Origin: an uncultured Candidatus Saccharibacteria bacterium
GTDB lineage: Bacteria; Patescibacteriota; Minisyncoccia; Phycocordibacterales; G965230995
Direction of reading: 5' to 3'
Length of the DNA stretch: 64,000 nucleotides
NCBI GenBank assembly: GCA_965230995.1
Contig: OZ246398.1
Location: 144,227-208,226 of the forward strand
Shown: positions 8,911 through 18,884 of the stretch, in pieces
How the letters are laid out: each line of letters opens with the position of its first letter
How positions within the stretch are numbered: the first letter of the stretch is position 1
The notes under the pieces: model-generated
Told to the model about the DNA's origin: nothing
Seen by the model: the letters and a program-made list of their open reading frames with translations, nothing else
Databases searched by the model: none
Translations under genes and position numbers: made by a program

Positions 8911-10675
8911 AAAGAATACACAAGGCGGTTATGTTGTGATAATAAATACTTTGTTTTTCCTTGTCCTAACTGGATTGCTAACTTTTGGTGTTATCAAACC
9001 AACTATATCAAGTTTTAATTCTGCCAATGCATTTTCACATTCGAAACAATCTTTTCTTTTAGCAAACAGTGCTCTCGAAGAAGGCTTGTATCGATTAAAA
9101 AACAGTATTCCTATTTCTTCTTCGGAAAATATATCGCTCAATTCTCAAAATGCAACCATTGCTGTTTCTGACACAAATGACGGAAAAATATTATCTGTAA
9201 ACGCAGACGTTAATGATTTTCAAAGAGATTTGGAGGTTTCTATAATCCAAGGTGTCGGTGTAAGTTTTAATTATGGTTTACAAGCCGGCCAAGGAGGATT
9301 TGATTTGAGCGGTGGTGCCTACATAATTGGAAATGTCTACTCAAATGGTGATGTAACGGGCAGTGGTGGCCCATATATTACCGGATCTGCAACAGTTGCA
9401 AACGCAACAGACCCAAGCGCAATAATATCCCACATGGGAACTATCCCTCCTCCGTACGCAATTGGTTTTGCAGAAGATACTTGGCCAGCTAACGACGCTC
9501 GAGATTTTGCACAAAGCTTTACCTACCCAAGTGACACAACAATAAACAGTGTAAAGTTTTATATGAAGAAAACTGCGAATATTTCGATGGAAAATTTAAC
9601 TTTCTATATAACAAACAATTCTAACGGCTCACCAGGGAAAAATATTCTTGCAACAGGATTCCTCAGCGCATCACAAGTAACCACTTCTTATAATTATTTA
9701 ACAATTCAACTATCTAGCCCAGCCTCCATATCCGCTGGAACTACATACTGGATGGTTTTTACAAATGTAAAAAGAACCTGGGGTTCACAATATGTAATAG
9801 GGGCAAGCCAAAACACATATCCAGGAGGATTTGCAAAAACTGGGGCTTGGTCAAATTCAAACGGAGGAAATTGGTCTTCAACATCACCTGCTGGACTGGA
9901 TGCATATTTTGAAATATTTACAGGCGGTGACTCTGGTAGTATATCTGGAATGGCAATACACGGTGATGCTTGGGCTCATGAAATAAACAGCTCTAATATA
10001 TCTGGCTCTGCCTATTGTCAGGCATCAAACAGCAATAACAAACCTTGCGATTCAACGAGACCCGACCCAGCTACAGTAGCAATGCCAATATCTGATGGAA
10101 ATATAGAGGAATGGAAAGCCGCAGCAGAAGCTGGCGGTGTGATAACAGGTGATCTTTCATACGGAAGCCAGGACACAGAATATATTGGACCTAAAAAAAT
10201 TATCGGCAATCTAGATGTCGGAGCTGGAGCAACTCTTTATGTCACTGGCACACTATATGTAACTGGTAATGTTTCTGTATCAGGTGGAGGAAAAATTATG
10301 CTCTCGACCAGTTATGGAAACAATAGCGGAATAATAGTAACAGATGGAAAGATTTATGCCGGCGGAGGAGGATTCTTTGAGGGAAATGGTTTTACTGGAA
10401 GTTATATATTACTAGTCACGACAAGCACCTGCCCAACAAATTGTGGAAATAACGATTACGCTGTAGACATAAGTGGTGGGGCCGGTGCTGTAATCGTCAA
10501 TGCGCAAAAAGGAACAATTGTATTTACTGGAAGCGGACAGGCAAAACAAGCTACAGGTTACAGAATTGTTTTGAGTGGTGGAGCAAGTGTTCGCTACGAA
10601 ACTGGAATTGCGGATATGTCATTTAATAGCGGTCCATCGGGAACTTGGAATATCTCAAAATGGGACGAAAAATAA
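8903..10675 (+). CDS. PilX-like minor pilin with large Gly-rich beta-repeat C-terminal region
   Basis: GY + hydrophobic N-terminus lacking E5; LANSALEEGLYRL; fourth gene of the minor pilin operon. Confidence 0.75.
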   Translation: MNKKNTQGGYVVIINTLFFLVLTGLLTFGVIKPTISSFNSANAFSHSKQSFLLANSALEEGLYRLKNSIPISSSENISLNSQNATIAVSDTNDGKILSVNADVNDFQRDLEVSIIQGVGVSFNYGLQAGQGGFDLSGGAYIIGNVYSNGDVTGSGGPYITGSATVANATDPSAIISHMGTIPPPYAIGFAEDTWPANDARDFAQSFTYPSDTTINSVKFYMKKTANISMENLTFYITNNSNGSPGKNILATGFLSASQVTTSYNYLTIQLSSPASISAGTTYWMVFTNVKRTWGSQYVIGASQNTYPGGFAKTGAWSNSNGGNWSSTSPAGLDAYFEIFTGGDSGSISGMAIHGDAWAHEINSSNISGSAYCQASNSNNKPCDSTRPDPATVAMPISDGNIEEWKAAAEAGGVITGDLSYGSQDTEYIGPKKIIGNLDVGAGATLYVTGTLYVTGNVSVSGGGKIMLSTSYGNNSGIIVTDGKIYAGGGGFFEGNGFTGSYILLVTTSTCPTNCGNNDYAVDISGGAGAVIVNAQKGTIVFTGSGQAKQATGYRIVLSGGASVRYETGIADMSFNSGPSGTWNISKWDEK

Positions 10676-10697
10676 AAGCCCCTTCGGGGCTTTTATT
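10671..10697. terminator. Bidirectional intrinsic terminator
   Basis: AATAAAAGCCCCTTCGGGGCTTTTATT between convergent genes. Confidence 0.85.
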
Positions 10698-10703
10698 TTT
10701 CTT

Positions 10704-11915
10704 TTATATTTTATCTGCGAGTGAATACATAGGAGACATCATCGACAAAGCAAAGAACCCCACCGCCCCACCGATAAGTATCATTAGAAATGGTTCGATT
10801 ACAGTAGACATATCTTTTGTTTTTTGCTCGACTTCTTCTTCGTAAAATTTTGCAACCTCAAGCAACATTTCAGATAATTTTCCTGTTTCCTCGCCTACCT
10901 TTGCCATTTCTGAAACATACAATGGGTACAAATTTACCCTGGAAGAAAATATTTCAGAGATGCTTCCACCTTTTACTATCACCTCTCCCGCTTCTTTGAG
11001 AACACTTTTATAATATGAATTTTGCAAAACATCTTCTGTTATTCCAACCGCAATAGTATATTCAACCCCTGAAGAAAGTAGTGAAGAAAGTGTTCTGGCA
11101 GTCCTTGCAGAATTAACTTTTTTTGTGATATCACCTATTAATGGGGTCTTTAAAAAAACATAATCTAAAACTCTCTTTCCATTTTTAGTTCTAAAGTACA
11201 TTCCACCCAAAACAACGACACAAATTACAGCAAATAATGTGAGCAAAAGATTGTTATTTATAAATTCGCTCACATAAATAATTATTTTTGTACTCATCGG
11301 AAGATCAACGCCCAGACCTTTAAATGTTGCAGTAAGAGTTGGCACCACAAAAATAAGCATAAGAGTAGCAATAAGTATCATTGCAAAAAGGATTATGCCA
11401 GGATACATCATCGCGCCTTTGATTTTTTTCTTTAGAATATATGTCCTTTCCATCTGGCCAGAAACAATCTCTAGAGATTCGCTCAAATTACCGCTTTCCT
11501 CGCCTGCTCTAACCATCGAAACAAAAAGCGTAGAAAATACTTCTTTATGTTCAGACAAACATTCGCTTATTGTTTTACCTTTACTCACTCCGTCGTTTAT
11601 ATCAACCAAAACCTTTTTAAATTTACCTTCTTTTGCCTGCTTTTCCATTATTTCCAGAGCTCTGACAACGGGCAAACCAGAGGCAATCATTTTGCCCAAG
11701 TTTCTCGCAAATACAATCAAATCTTGTTCTTTTACTCTACCAAAAGAGAAAGAAATATTAGAAAAAAGTTTTCTACCTGTCTTTTCTTCGACATATATTG
11801 CGGTTAAACCCTGAGATGCAATTTCTGTCGAGATAGCTTCTTTGCTTTCGCCTGTTTTTTCGCCTTCGACTATTTCGCCTTGCTTATTTACAGCCTTATA
11901 AAAATAAGTTTTCAT
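10704..11915 (-). CDS. pilC: Type IV pilus platform protein (PilC/GspF)
   Basis: RAGEESGNL, KGAMMYP, VGEETGKL and IEPFL motifs. Confidence 0.93.
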   Translation of the reverse strand: MKTYFYKAVNKQGEIVEGEKTGESKEAISTEIASQGLTAIYVEEKTGRKLFSNISFSFGRVKEQDLIVFARNLGKMIASGLPVVRALEIMEKQAKEGKFKKVLVDINDGVSKGKTISECLSEHKEVFSTLFVSMVRAGEESGNLSESLEIVSGQMERTYILKKKIKGAMMYPGIILFAMILIATLMLIFVVPTLTATFKGLGVDLPMSTKIIIYVSEFINNNLLLTLFAVICVVVLGGMYFRTKNGKRVLDYVFLKTPLIGDITKKVNSARTARTLSSLLSSGVEYTIAVGITEDVLQNSYYKSVLKEAGEVIVKGGSISEIFSSRVNLYPLYVSEMAKVGEETGKLSEMLLEVAKFYEEEVEQKTKDMSTVIEPFLMILIGGAVGFFALSMMSPMYSLADKI

Positions 11916-11942
11916 TACTATAATTGTAGCACAATAAAAATA

Positions 11943-13694
11943 TTATTCTGAAACGACTCGCAAAACTTCTTCTATTGTTGTAACACCAAGGACGGATTTG
12001 AATATTCCGTCTTCAAGCATAGTGAGCATTCCTTCTTTTTTAGCTTGAGCTTCTATTTCTTTTTCTTGAGCACCCTTTATTATCAAATCTTTTATGGATG
12101 GAGTAACTTTTAGAACTTCGTGTATTCCAAGTCTTCCGCTATATCCGTCTTCGGATGTGGCTGTTGGTTTTGGTTTGTAAAAAGTAACTTTCTCCCAAGG
12201 AGTCCCTTCTTTCACGACTTTTTCTTTTACCAAAAACGACATTATTCTATCCAAATCTACTTTTTTCGAAAGTTCGGCAAGCTCGTCTTTTGAAAGAAAA
12301 TATTTATCTTTTCCTTCAAGCCTTCTGATGAGCCTCTGTCCGATTACAATATCTAATGTAGAGACGAGTAAAAAAGGTTCGACTTTCATATCAAGAAGTC
12401 TTGGTATCGCACCAGCAGCTGAATTTGTGTGTAATGTAGATAACACCAAGTGACCTGTGAGAGAAGCGTTTATCGCAAGCGATGCTGTTTCGTTGTCTCG
12501 GATTTCACCAACCATAATTATATCTGGGTCTTGTCTAACTAATGTTCGGAGCCCAGATACAAAAGTAAGCCCAATTTCTGGTCTAACCTGTGTTTGGTTC
12601 ACACGTTTTAATTGATATTCAACAGGATCTTCAATAGTAGAAATATTTACATCGGGTGTATTTAAAATATCGAGCACTGTATAAAGAGTAGTTGTTTTAC
12701 CAGAACCTGTTGGTCCGGTTGTAAGTATCATTCCAGTTGTGGCTTTTGTGGCTTCGTGGATTCTTTCGAGGCTCTCCCCGTGAAAACCAAGAGTTTCTAG
12801 CGTGAGAACGCTAATATTTTCTCGCAAAAGTCTCATCACGATTTTTTCTCCGTAATATGTCGGCAAAGTAGAAACACGGAATGCTACCCTTTCGTTGTTT
12901 AATTCTATTTTGAAACGTCCGTCTTGTGGTAATCTTTTCTCATCGAGCTTTAGGCTAGAAAGCACTTTAATTCTGGCACTGATGCTGGGTCCGGTATTTT
13001 TTGGCAAAACCATCGCATCGTGCAAAAGACCATCAATCCTGTATCTCACCAAAACCTGTTCTTCCATTGGTTCTATATGGATATCTGATGCGTCTTGTAA
13101 AATGGCGTGCTTGAGGAGCGTATCAACAATACGGACAACCGGAACATCATCGGCAAGTTTTTTTAAATCTTTTTCTGATATTTCTTCGTCGTCTGTCTTT
13201 TCAAGAATTGTCTTTATCGCTCCTGCTTCTTTTTGGATAATATCTCCGAATTCAGCTTTTAGGCTCTTTTGATATTGGAGTAAAACGCTTTTCATTGATT
13301 CGCTATCAGTAAGCCTAGGCAAAATCCTGAGACCTGTTTTTTTCTTTACGAAATCAATGGCTGTGAGGTCTTCTGTTTCGAGCATTGCAACTTCTAGCCC
13401 TTTGTCTGTCTTTTTGAAAGCCACAATATTGTGGTTTCTGGCAATTGGTTCTGGTATCAAAGAAAGAATTTCAAAACCGATTTTTTGTGTCTTTAAATCA
13501 ACAAAAGGTATACCTAGAATATAGGCTTGCATTCGTCTCAAGTCGTCTTCGGATATTTTTCCTTGGCTTACGAGTACATCACCAAGTTTTTGTTTTTTGC
13601 TTTCAGCGGTCTTCTTTGCATTTTCAAGATCTAATCTTGAAACAAGTCCAGAGTCATTAATAAAATCTACTAATTGAGTTTCATCTATGTGCAT
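11943..13694 (-). CDS. pilB: Type IV pilus assembly ATPase (PilB/GspE)
   Basis: ASDIHIEP, GPTGSGKTTT, RQDPDIIMVGEIRD and LSTLHTN motifs. Confidence 0.95.
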   Translation of the reverse strand: MHIDETQLVDFINDSGLVSRLDLENAKKTAESKKQKLGDVLVSQGKISEDDLRRMQAYILGIPFVDLKTQKIGFEILSLIPEPIARNHNIVAFKKTDKGLEVAMLETEDLTAIDFVKKKTGLRILPRLTDSESMKSVLLQYQKSLKAEFGDIIQKEAGAIKTILEKTDDEEISEKDLKKLADDVPVVRIVDTLLKHAILQDASDIHIEPMEEQVLVRYRIDGLLHDAMVLPKNTGPSISARIKVLSSLKLDEKRLPQDGRFKIELNNERVAFRVSTLPTYYGEKIVMRLLRENISVLTLETLGFHGESLERIHEATKATTGMILTTGPTGSGKTTTLYTVLDILNTPDVNISTIEDPVEYQLKRVNQTQVRPEIGLTFVSGLRTLVRQDPDIIMVGEIRDNETASLAINASLTGHLVLSTLHTNSAAGAIPRLLDMKVEPFLLVSTLDIVIGQRLIRRLEGKDKYFLSKDELAELSKKVDLDRIMSFLVKEKVVKEGTPWEKVTFYKPKPTATSEDGYSGRLGIHEVLKVTPSIKDLIIKGAQEKEIEAQAKKEGMLTMLEDGIFKSVLGVTTIEEVLRVVSE

Positions 13695-13730
13695 ATCATA
13701 AATATTATATCACAATACAAAATACAGACA

Positions 13731-13764
13731 CAAAAAAACCGACACTTGCGTGTCGGTTTTTTTG
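13731..13764. terminator. Intrinsic terminator
   Basis: CAAAAAAACCGACAC-TTGC-GTGTCGGTTTTTTTG. Confidence 0.8.
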
Positions 13765-13766
13765 TT

Positions 13767-14501
13767 TTATTTTCTATATCCGTGAATCTTAATGGTTGTA
13801 TACTGAACCGCCGTGTTAGAGAAATCTTCGGCTATAATACCTGAACAATTTTGTGAACTTACACCTGATCCATCTGTGTTACATTTGACTATCCTAATCT
13901 CCAAGCGTCCATTACTATCGAGAGGTAGCCATGTTGTATCTGACATACCATAATAAGCGTTCCCAACAAATATATTCTTCCAACTGCTCTGGCTAGGCCA
14001 CTTATACTGAATCGCATACCTAGTAGCGCTACCGTCAAAGCTACTTTCTATTAATAGTGCCTTTGCACCAGATGGAACCGAATTCAAACCTGAACCGACT
14101 GTAAACCTTGCAGGATATGTTATTCCATCAGTAGTTTCAATGATAACACTTGGTGTACTAAATAATGTTTCAGTAAAAATAGAATCCTGCCAAGTAGCAT
14201 TCCCTTCTGCATCAGAAGTGAGAACCTTGCCATTACCTGCGTTTGTAGGGATTTTTAATAGTCCATTAAATATTGAACCACCATTTACAAGCAGAGAACC
14301 AAGGGAAAGGCCACCTTCTTTTACTTGGGAAGATGGGCCAACATTAATTGGTGCAAATGTATTTGAATTCGGAGCCTCTGCAATTGGTCCTTGCCATACA
14401 CTATCTTCGTCATATATGTCTTCAGCTTGAAGATAAGAAACTCCAATAACAGAAAGAACGGAAAGTGTGATTATGGATAAATAATGAAGTGTTTTTTTCA
14501 T
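13767..14501 (-). CDS. Secreted/surface protein, conserved N-module plus variable C-terminal domain (paralog 1)
   Basis: Signal peptide; WQGP..APINV..GKVLTSDAEGNATWQ module shared with the next gene. Confidence 0.8.
   Translation of the reverse strand: MKKTLHYLSIITLSVLSVIGVSYLQAEDIYDEDSVWQGPIAEAPNSNTFAPINVGPSSQVKEGGLSLGSLLVNGGSIFNGLLKIPTNAGNGKVLTSDAEGNATWQDSIFTETLFSTPSVIIETTDGITYPARFTVGSGLNSVPSGAKALLIESSFDGSATRYAIQYKWPSQSSWKNIFVGNAYYGMSDTTWLPLDSNGRLEIRIVKCNTDGSGVSSQNCSGIIAEDFSNTAVQYTTIKIHGYRK
14185..14324. repeat. 140-bp near-identical repeat (second copy 15017..15156) encoding the shared module of the two paralogs
   Basis: Direct comparison; differences are mostly synonymous. Confidence 0.9.
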
Positions 14502-14520
14502 ATTGCTAATATTTTTTAAA

Positions 14521-15306
14521 CTACATAGCCGGACAAATTGTCATTGTCCAAACATAATCAAAGTTATCTGCTCTAATAGTCCATTCGTTTTCAGAATTTT
14601 CTGAATAGCTACCTTCGGAATAGTCGTCGTAGACATAAAAATTATTTCCATAATTTACAAAGTATTTTGCAACACCATCTCCATTTATTCCACGTTGTGA
14701 CCCAGTATCGTCTGTCCAATCTTCACTTGTCGCAATACTTTTTAATTGCCTATAGAAATAGTTTGTACTTCCGTACATTGACTGAGTGGTGATTGCCTCA
14801 TATAGATCTGATTTTAATCGCCACACAGTATAACTACATCCTGAGTTAAGATAAGGACCAGAAGTTGAACCTACACAGATATTTCTTCCAGCAGAGTTTA
14901 TAAGACTAACTCTCCAAAAACGCTTTCCACTGTCGTTCATATAGTCTTCTCGTCTATTATTTCGGTTGGTGGAAGCAACAACACATTGGCTCGCCAAGAC
15001 ATCTGAACTTGATGACTCCTGCCAGGTAGCATTTCCTTCTGCATCAGAAGTGAGAACTTTTCCGTCTCCTGCGTTTGTAGGGATTTTTAATAGTCCATTA
15101 AATATTGAACCACCATTTACAAGCAAAGAACCAAGGGAAAGACCACCTTCTTTTACCTGAGAGGCGTCGCTCACATTTATAGGAGCTGGTGTATTTCCAT
15201 CGGGTGGTGTGGCACTTGGACCATCCCAGGCTTGGAGATACGAGACCCCGATGACAGAAAGAACAGATAGTGTGATTATGGATAAATAATGAAGTGTTTT
15301 TTTCAT
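14521..15306 (-). CDS. Secreted/surface protein, conserved N-module plus variable C-terminal domain (paralog 2)
   Basis: Same 26-aa signal peptide as paralog 1; WDGPSATPPDGNTPAPINV; unrelated C-terminus. Confidence 0.8.
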   Translation of the reverse strand: MKKTLHYLSIITLSVLSVIGVSYLQAWDGPSATPPDGNTPAPINVSDASQVKEGGLSLGSLLVNGGSIFNGLLKIPTNAGDGKVLTSDAEGNATWQESSSSDVLASQCVVASTNRNNRREDYMNDSGKRFWRVSLINSAGRNICVGSTSGPYLNSGCSYTVWRLKSDLYEAITTQSMYGSTNYFYRQLKSIATSEDWTDDTGSQRGINGDGVAKYFVNYGNNFYVYDDYSEGSYSENSENEWTIRADNFDYVWTMTICPAM

Positions 15307-15307
15307 G

Positions 15308-15577
15308 CTATTTTTGTTCTTTAAGTTGCTCCAATAAATTTATCTGTTCTTCTTTTGATATATTCTCTGGGCTATTTTTCTTAAGTGAATCGAGCATTTT
15401 TTTTCTTTCTTCAACTGATGGGGTGTTCGTGGAGGTAGAAAGTAATTCTTGCAATATTTCTCTGTCGGTTTTTTTCTGCTCTGTGATTTTATTTTTTTCT
15501 GGAAGCAAGAAATAAGAAACGACACCTAGCACAATCAGGAGCAAAACAACAATAATTATTTTTTTAGAATTCAACAT
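15308..15577 (-). CDS. Small membrane-anchored hypothetical protein
   Basis: MLNSKKIIIVVLLLIVLGVV N-terminal TM segment; ATG at 15577 overlaps the upstream gene's end. Confidence 0.7.
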   Translation of the reverse strand: MLNSKKIIIVVLLLIVLGVVSYFLLPEKNKITEQKKTDREILQELLSTSTNTPSVEERKKMLDSLKKNSPENISKEEQINLLEQLKEQK

Positions 15578-16760
15578 AGTTTGGATTCTTTTGAATAGTA
15601 ATTGAACATGTAGCTGTTTTTTCGCTTTCTGCAACAGAAACTAGCATATTTCTTGTTCCAACAGTGCTGTATGTTCTTTCTATAGACGAACCGCTACCGA
15701 CGTCTGTTCCGTTTTCCTGCCAATTAACAGTGTAAGAACCTACTGGCGAAATATTTGCAGCCCAGGTTACTACTTCCCCAGTTTTAGCTGATGTTGGATT
15801 AGCAGAACAAGTTATTGAATTAACAGCATCTGAAACAGGTATACTGACAGTAAATGGATGCTTTTTTACTTCTCCTGAGGCACTAGTACCGACAAGGAAA
15901 ACATCATAACCCTTTCCCTCTTCTACCAGATTTGTAGTTTTTACCCGAAATCCTTTTGTGCAATCATCTGCCGATGTGGGCGTGCATTTTGTACCATTAG
16001 GAAATCCAGCTGATTTTATCCAATCAGTTTCCTCGATCGAAAATGTTATTTCTTCAGGAGTACCAGCGAGCCATACTGCGGTAGCATCTAGAGGATCAGA
16101 AGAGTCATCCTTACCGAGACTAATTTCTGTTGGTCCTTCAACCGCAAACTCAAAACCATCTCCTATTTGCACACCACCAAATTCTGGTTTCCACTCGCTC
16201 CAACCCACAACTGTACTACCCCATATATAACCTTGAATAATAGAATAATATCCATCATCTGAATCTGAAACGGTTCCGCTTAGACTGACCCAGCCATCCC
16301 AACCATCTGGATGGTTAGTCATTGAAGTACAGTCACCATTTATTGTACCAGCACAAAAACGAGCCCAGCCTTCTATGTTGTTTCCAGAAAGTTTAGCGTT
16401 AGATTGAACAGAGCCACCAGATGGAAAACTGGATAGGCCGCCGAATTTTAACCAACCAACATTATCAGACCAAGCGAAGCCAGTTAGGTTATTTGAACCG
16501 TCTATATAAACACCATAATCAACAGAACCACAACTGTTCGTATCTTCACAGCTGAAACTAACCCATCCAATATTATCAGACCAGGCCCAACCTGTTATTG
16601 ATCTTTCTGGAGATTGTGCATTTACACTTTCATTTTTAATAAACGGGAATTCAATCCCAACTATTCCATATAGAAATAGAAACATAGTCATTGAACCGGC
16701 AAGAAGCAACTTGCGGAGTTTTTTATGACCGTGCATTGAAAAATCTTTTACGTGTACCAT
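15564..16760 (-). CDS. Secreted protein with GWAWSDNIGW repeats and C-terminal PKD/Ig-like domain
   Basis: Repeated G(W/F)AWSDN(I/V)GW motifs; N-terminal TM; YSTVGTRNMLVSV PKD-like end. Confidence 0.8.
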   Translation of the reverse strand: MVHVKDFSMHGHKKLRKLLLAGSMTMFLFLYGIVGIEFPFIKNESVNAQSPERSITGWAWSDNIGWVSFSCEDTNSCGSVDYGVYIDGSNNLTGFAWSDNVGWLKFGGLSSFPSGGSVQSNAKLSGNNIEGWARFCAGTINGDCTSMTNHPDGWDGWVSLSGTVSDSDDGYYSIIQGYIWGSTVVGWSEWKPEFGGVQIGDGFEFAVEGPTEISLGKDDSSDPLDATAVWLAGTPEEITFSIEETDWIKSAGFPNGTKCTPTSADDCTKGFRVKTTNLVEEGKGYDVFLVGTSASGEVKKHPFTVSIPVSDAVNSITCSANPTSAKTGEVVTWAANISPVGSYTVNWQENGTDVGSGSSIERTYSTVGTRNMLVSVAESEKTATCSITIQKNPNYVEF

Positions 16761-16925
16761 TTGTTGTAATTATACAACAATTTTCATTATATTTTTTTCA
16801 AAAAATGTGTTTATCGCAATAACTGTGGATAAATCGATTTTTGTGTTATTTTTAATCTAGTCACCCTGCTTCCCATTACTGGGAAATGGCATGCGGTAGG
16901 GTGACTTTTTTATATTTTTACAAAT

Positions 16926-16953
16926 TTGACCTTTTATGTGGAAATGCTATAAT
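16926..16953 (+). promoter_or_regulatory. Sigma70-type promoter of nusA
   Basis: TTGACC-16-TATAAT with extended TG. Confidence 0.7.
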
Positions 16954-17033
16954 AGCTAGATACAGGAATTCGCCACTCGGCGGATTTATTTTTTTAAAAA
17001 GTAGATTATTAACAAAAAATTAAGCAAAATACA

Positions 17034-18224
17034 ATGTTTGATCTGAAAGTCATCCATTCCGTACTTGACCAATTGGAACAAGAACGCGGAATTCCAAAAG
17101 AAAAGATTCTCGAAGCCATAGAAATGGCTCTTGCAACTGCATACAAAAAAGAATACGGCAAAAAAGGCCAGATTTTAAGGGCTAAATTCGACCTAAATTC
17201 AGGTGGAGTCTCCTTTTCACAGGTAAAAATAGTGGTAGATACTGATTCTGTGATAATGCCAGAGGATAGAAAAGAAGAAAATACTGAAAAAAGGCCAGAA
17301 AGGCACGAAAACAACGAGTCTGTACAAGAAAAAGTCGGAGAAAAGGTATATTTTAACCCAGAACATCACATTTTCATCGAGGATGCCAAAAGAATGAAAA
17401 AAGACGTTGTTTTAGGCGAAGAAATCATCTTTCCTCTCGAAGACAAGGCTGATTTTGGGCGAATTGCCGCTCAAACCGCAAAACAAGTTGTTATCCAAAA
17501 GATCAGAGAAGCAGAAAAGGTCTCTGTTTTGGGAGAATATGGCAAAAAAGAAGGCGATATTGTCAGTGGAATCGTCCAGAGGGTAGAAAGAGGTACTATT
17601 TTCATTGATATGGGACGAGCTACTGGCGTAATTCCATTCGAAGAACAGATTCCGGGTGAAAAATACCGACCCGCAGAGAGAATAAGAGCTTTGCTTTTCA
17701 AGGTAGAAGAAAGCCCAAGAGGAGTTTTCCTAAAACTTTCAAGATCACATCCAAAATTCCTTGCAAAATTGTTTGAACAAGAAGCTCCAGAAATTGCGAG
17801 CGGGGTTGTAGAAATAAAATCAGTAGCCAGAGAAGCCGGCGGTAGATCAAAAATCGCTGTACAGTCACACGATGAACACATTGATCCTGTTGGTTCTCTT
17901 GTTGGACAGAGAGGTGTCCGTGTAAATACTGTTATGAGCGAGCTCGGTGGAGAAAAAATAGATATTATAGAATGGTCTTCCGATGTAAAATTGTTTATCG
18001 AAGACGCACTTTCTCCTGCAAAAATACTTTCAGTTGAAATTAAAAATGAAGAAGAAAAAGAAGCTGTGGTTACAGTAGCAGAAGATCAGCAATCTCTTGC
18101 AATCGGAAAAGGCGGACAGAACGTTAGACTTGCAGCAAAATTAACTGGCTGGAGAATTGATATCAAATCAACCGCTTCAGAAAAAGAAACAGAGGAAACA
18201 GAGGATGAAGAAATAGCAGAGTAA
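17034..18224 (+). CDS. nusA: Transcription termination/antitermination factor NusA
   Basis: FGRIAAQTAKQV, AREAGGRSKIAV and AIGKGGQNVRLA motifs. Confidence 0.97.
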   Translation: MFDLKVIHSVLDQLEQERGIPKEKILEAIEMALATAYKKEYGKKGQILRAKFDLNSGGVSFSQVKIVVDTDSVIMPEDRKEENTEKRPERHENNESVQEKVGEKVYFNPEHHIFIEDAKRMKKDVVLGEEIIFPLEDKADFGRIAAQTAKQVVIQKIREAEKVSVLGEYGKKEGDIVSGIVQRVERGTIFIDMGRATGVIPFEEQIPGEKYRPAERIRALLFKVEESPRGVFLKLSRSHPKFLAKLFEQEAPEIASGVVEIKSVAREAGGRSKIAVQSHDEHIDPVGSLVGQRGVRVNTVMSELGGEKIDIIEWSSDVKLFIEDALSPAKILSVEIKNEEEKEAVVTVAEDQQSLAIGKGGQNVRLAAKLTGWRIDIKSTASEKETEETEDEEIAE

Positions 18225-18260
18225 CAAGGAATTATATAAATTAAAATTAATAAAATATAT

Positions 18261-18785
18261 ATGAACTATTTACACGAAGTTGCTCCTGGAGAAGAAACAA
18301 AAATGAACGTTATCATCGAGATTCCTCGAGGTTCAAAAAACAAATACGAGATCGACAAAGAAACAGGACTCATTGCTCTCGACCGTGTATATCACACAAC
18401 ACAGGATATGCCTTTTGATTATGGTTTTGTGCCACAGACCCTTTGGGATGATGGTGACGCTCTTGATGTTATTGTTCTCACAACACATCCTTTGCACCCT
18501 GGAATCCTTGCAAGAGTAAGACCAGTTGGAATAATGGATATGATTGATTCTGGAGACTCTGATTCAAAGGTCATCGCAGTTCCAACAGACGATGCAAGAT
18601 GGGAAGATGTCAAAGACATTTCTGATGTAAACAAACACACAATAAAGGAAATGGAACACTATTTCTCTACTTACAAGAAAATCCAGAATAAAGTAGTAGA
18701 AGTAAAGGGTTTTGCAGGAAAAGACAAAGCAATAGAAGCCTTTAGACGATCAAGGGAAATGTACATACAGAAACATTCAAAATAA
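18261..18785 (+). CDS. ppa: Inorganic pyrophosphatase (family I)
   Basis: KYEIDKETG, YGFVPQT and DGDALDV motifs. Confidence 0.95.
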   Translation: MNYLHEVAPGEETKMNVIIEIPRGSKNKYEIDKETGLIALDRVYHTTQDMPFDYGFVPQTLWDDGDALDVIVLTTHPLHPGILARVRPVGIMDMIDSGDSDSKVIAVPTDDARWEDVKDISDVNKHTIKEMEHYFSTYKKIQNKVVEVKGFAGKDKAIEAFRRSREMYIQKHSK

Positions 18786-18823
18786 AACAAAAACCGCCGA
18801 TAAATCGGCGGTTTTTGTTTTAT
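18782..18823 (+). terminator. Intrinsic terminator after ppa
   Basis: Long perfect inverted repeat with T tail. Confidence 0.85.
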
Positions 18824-18884
18824 CAAAAGATGATATAATTGATATGTAATAGAAACGACGCACATGCGTCTTAATAAAAACAAT

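Noticed and set aside
13767-15306. Diversity-generating retroelement TR/VR pair
   Set aside because: The repeat covers the constant N-module, differences are mostly synonymous and not adenine-specific, and there is no reverse transcriptase in the window.
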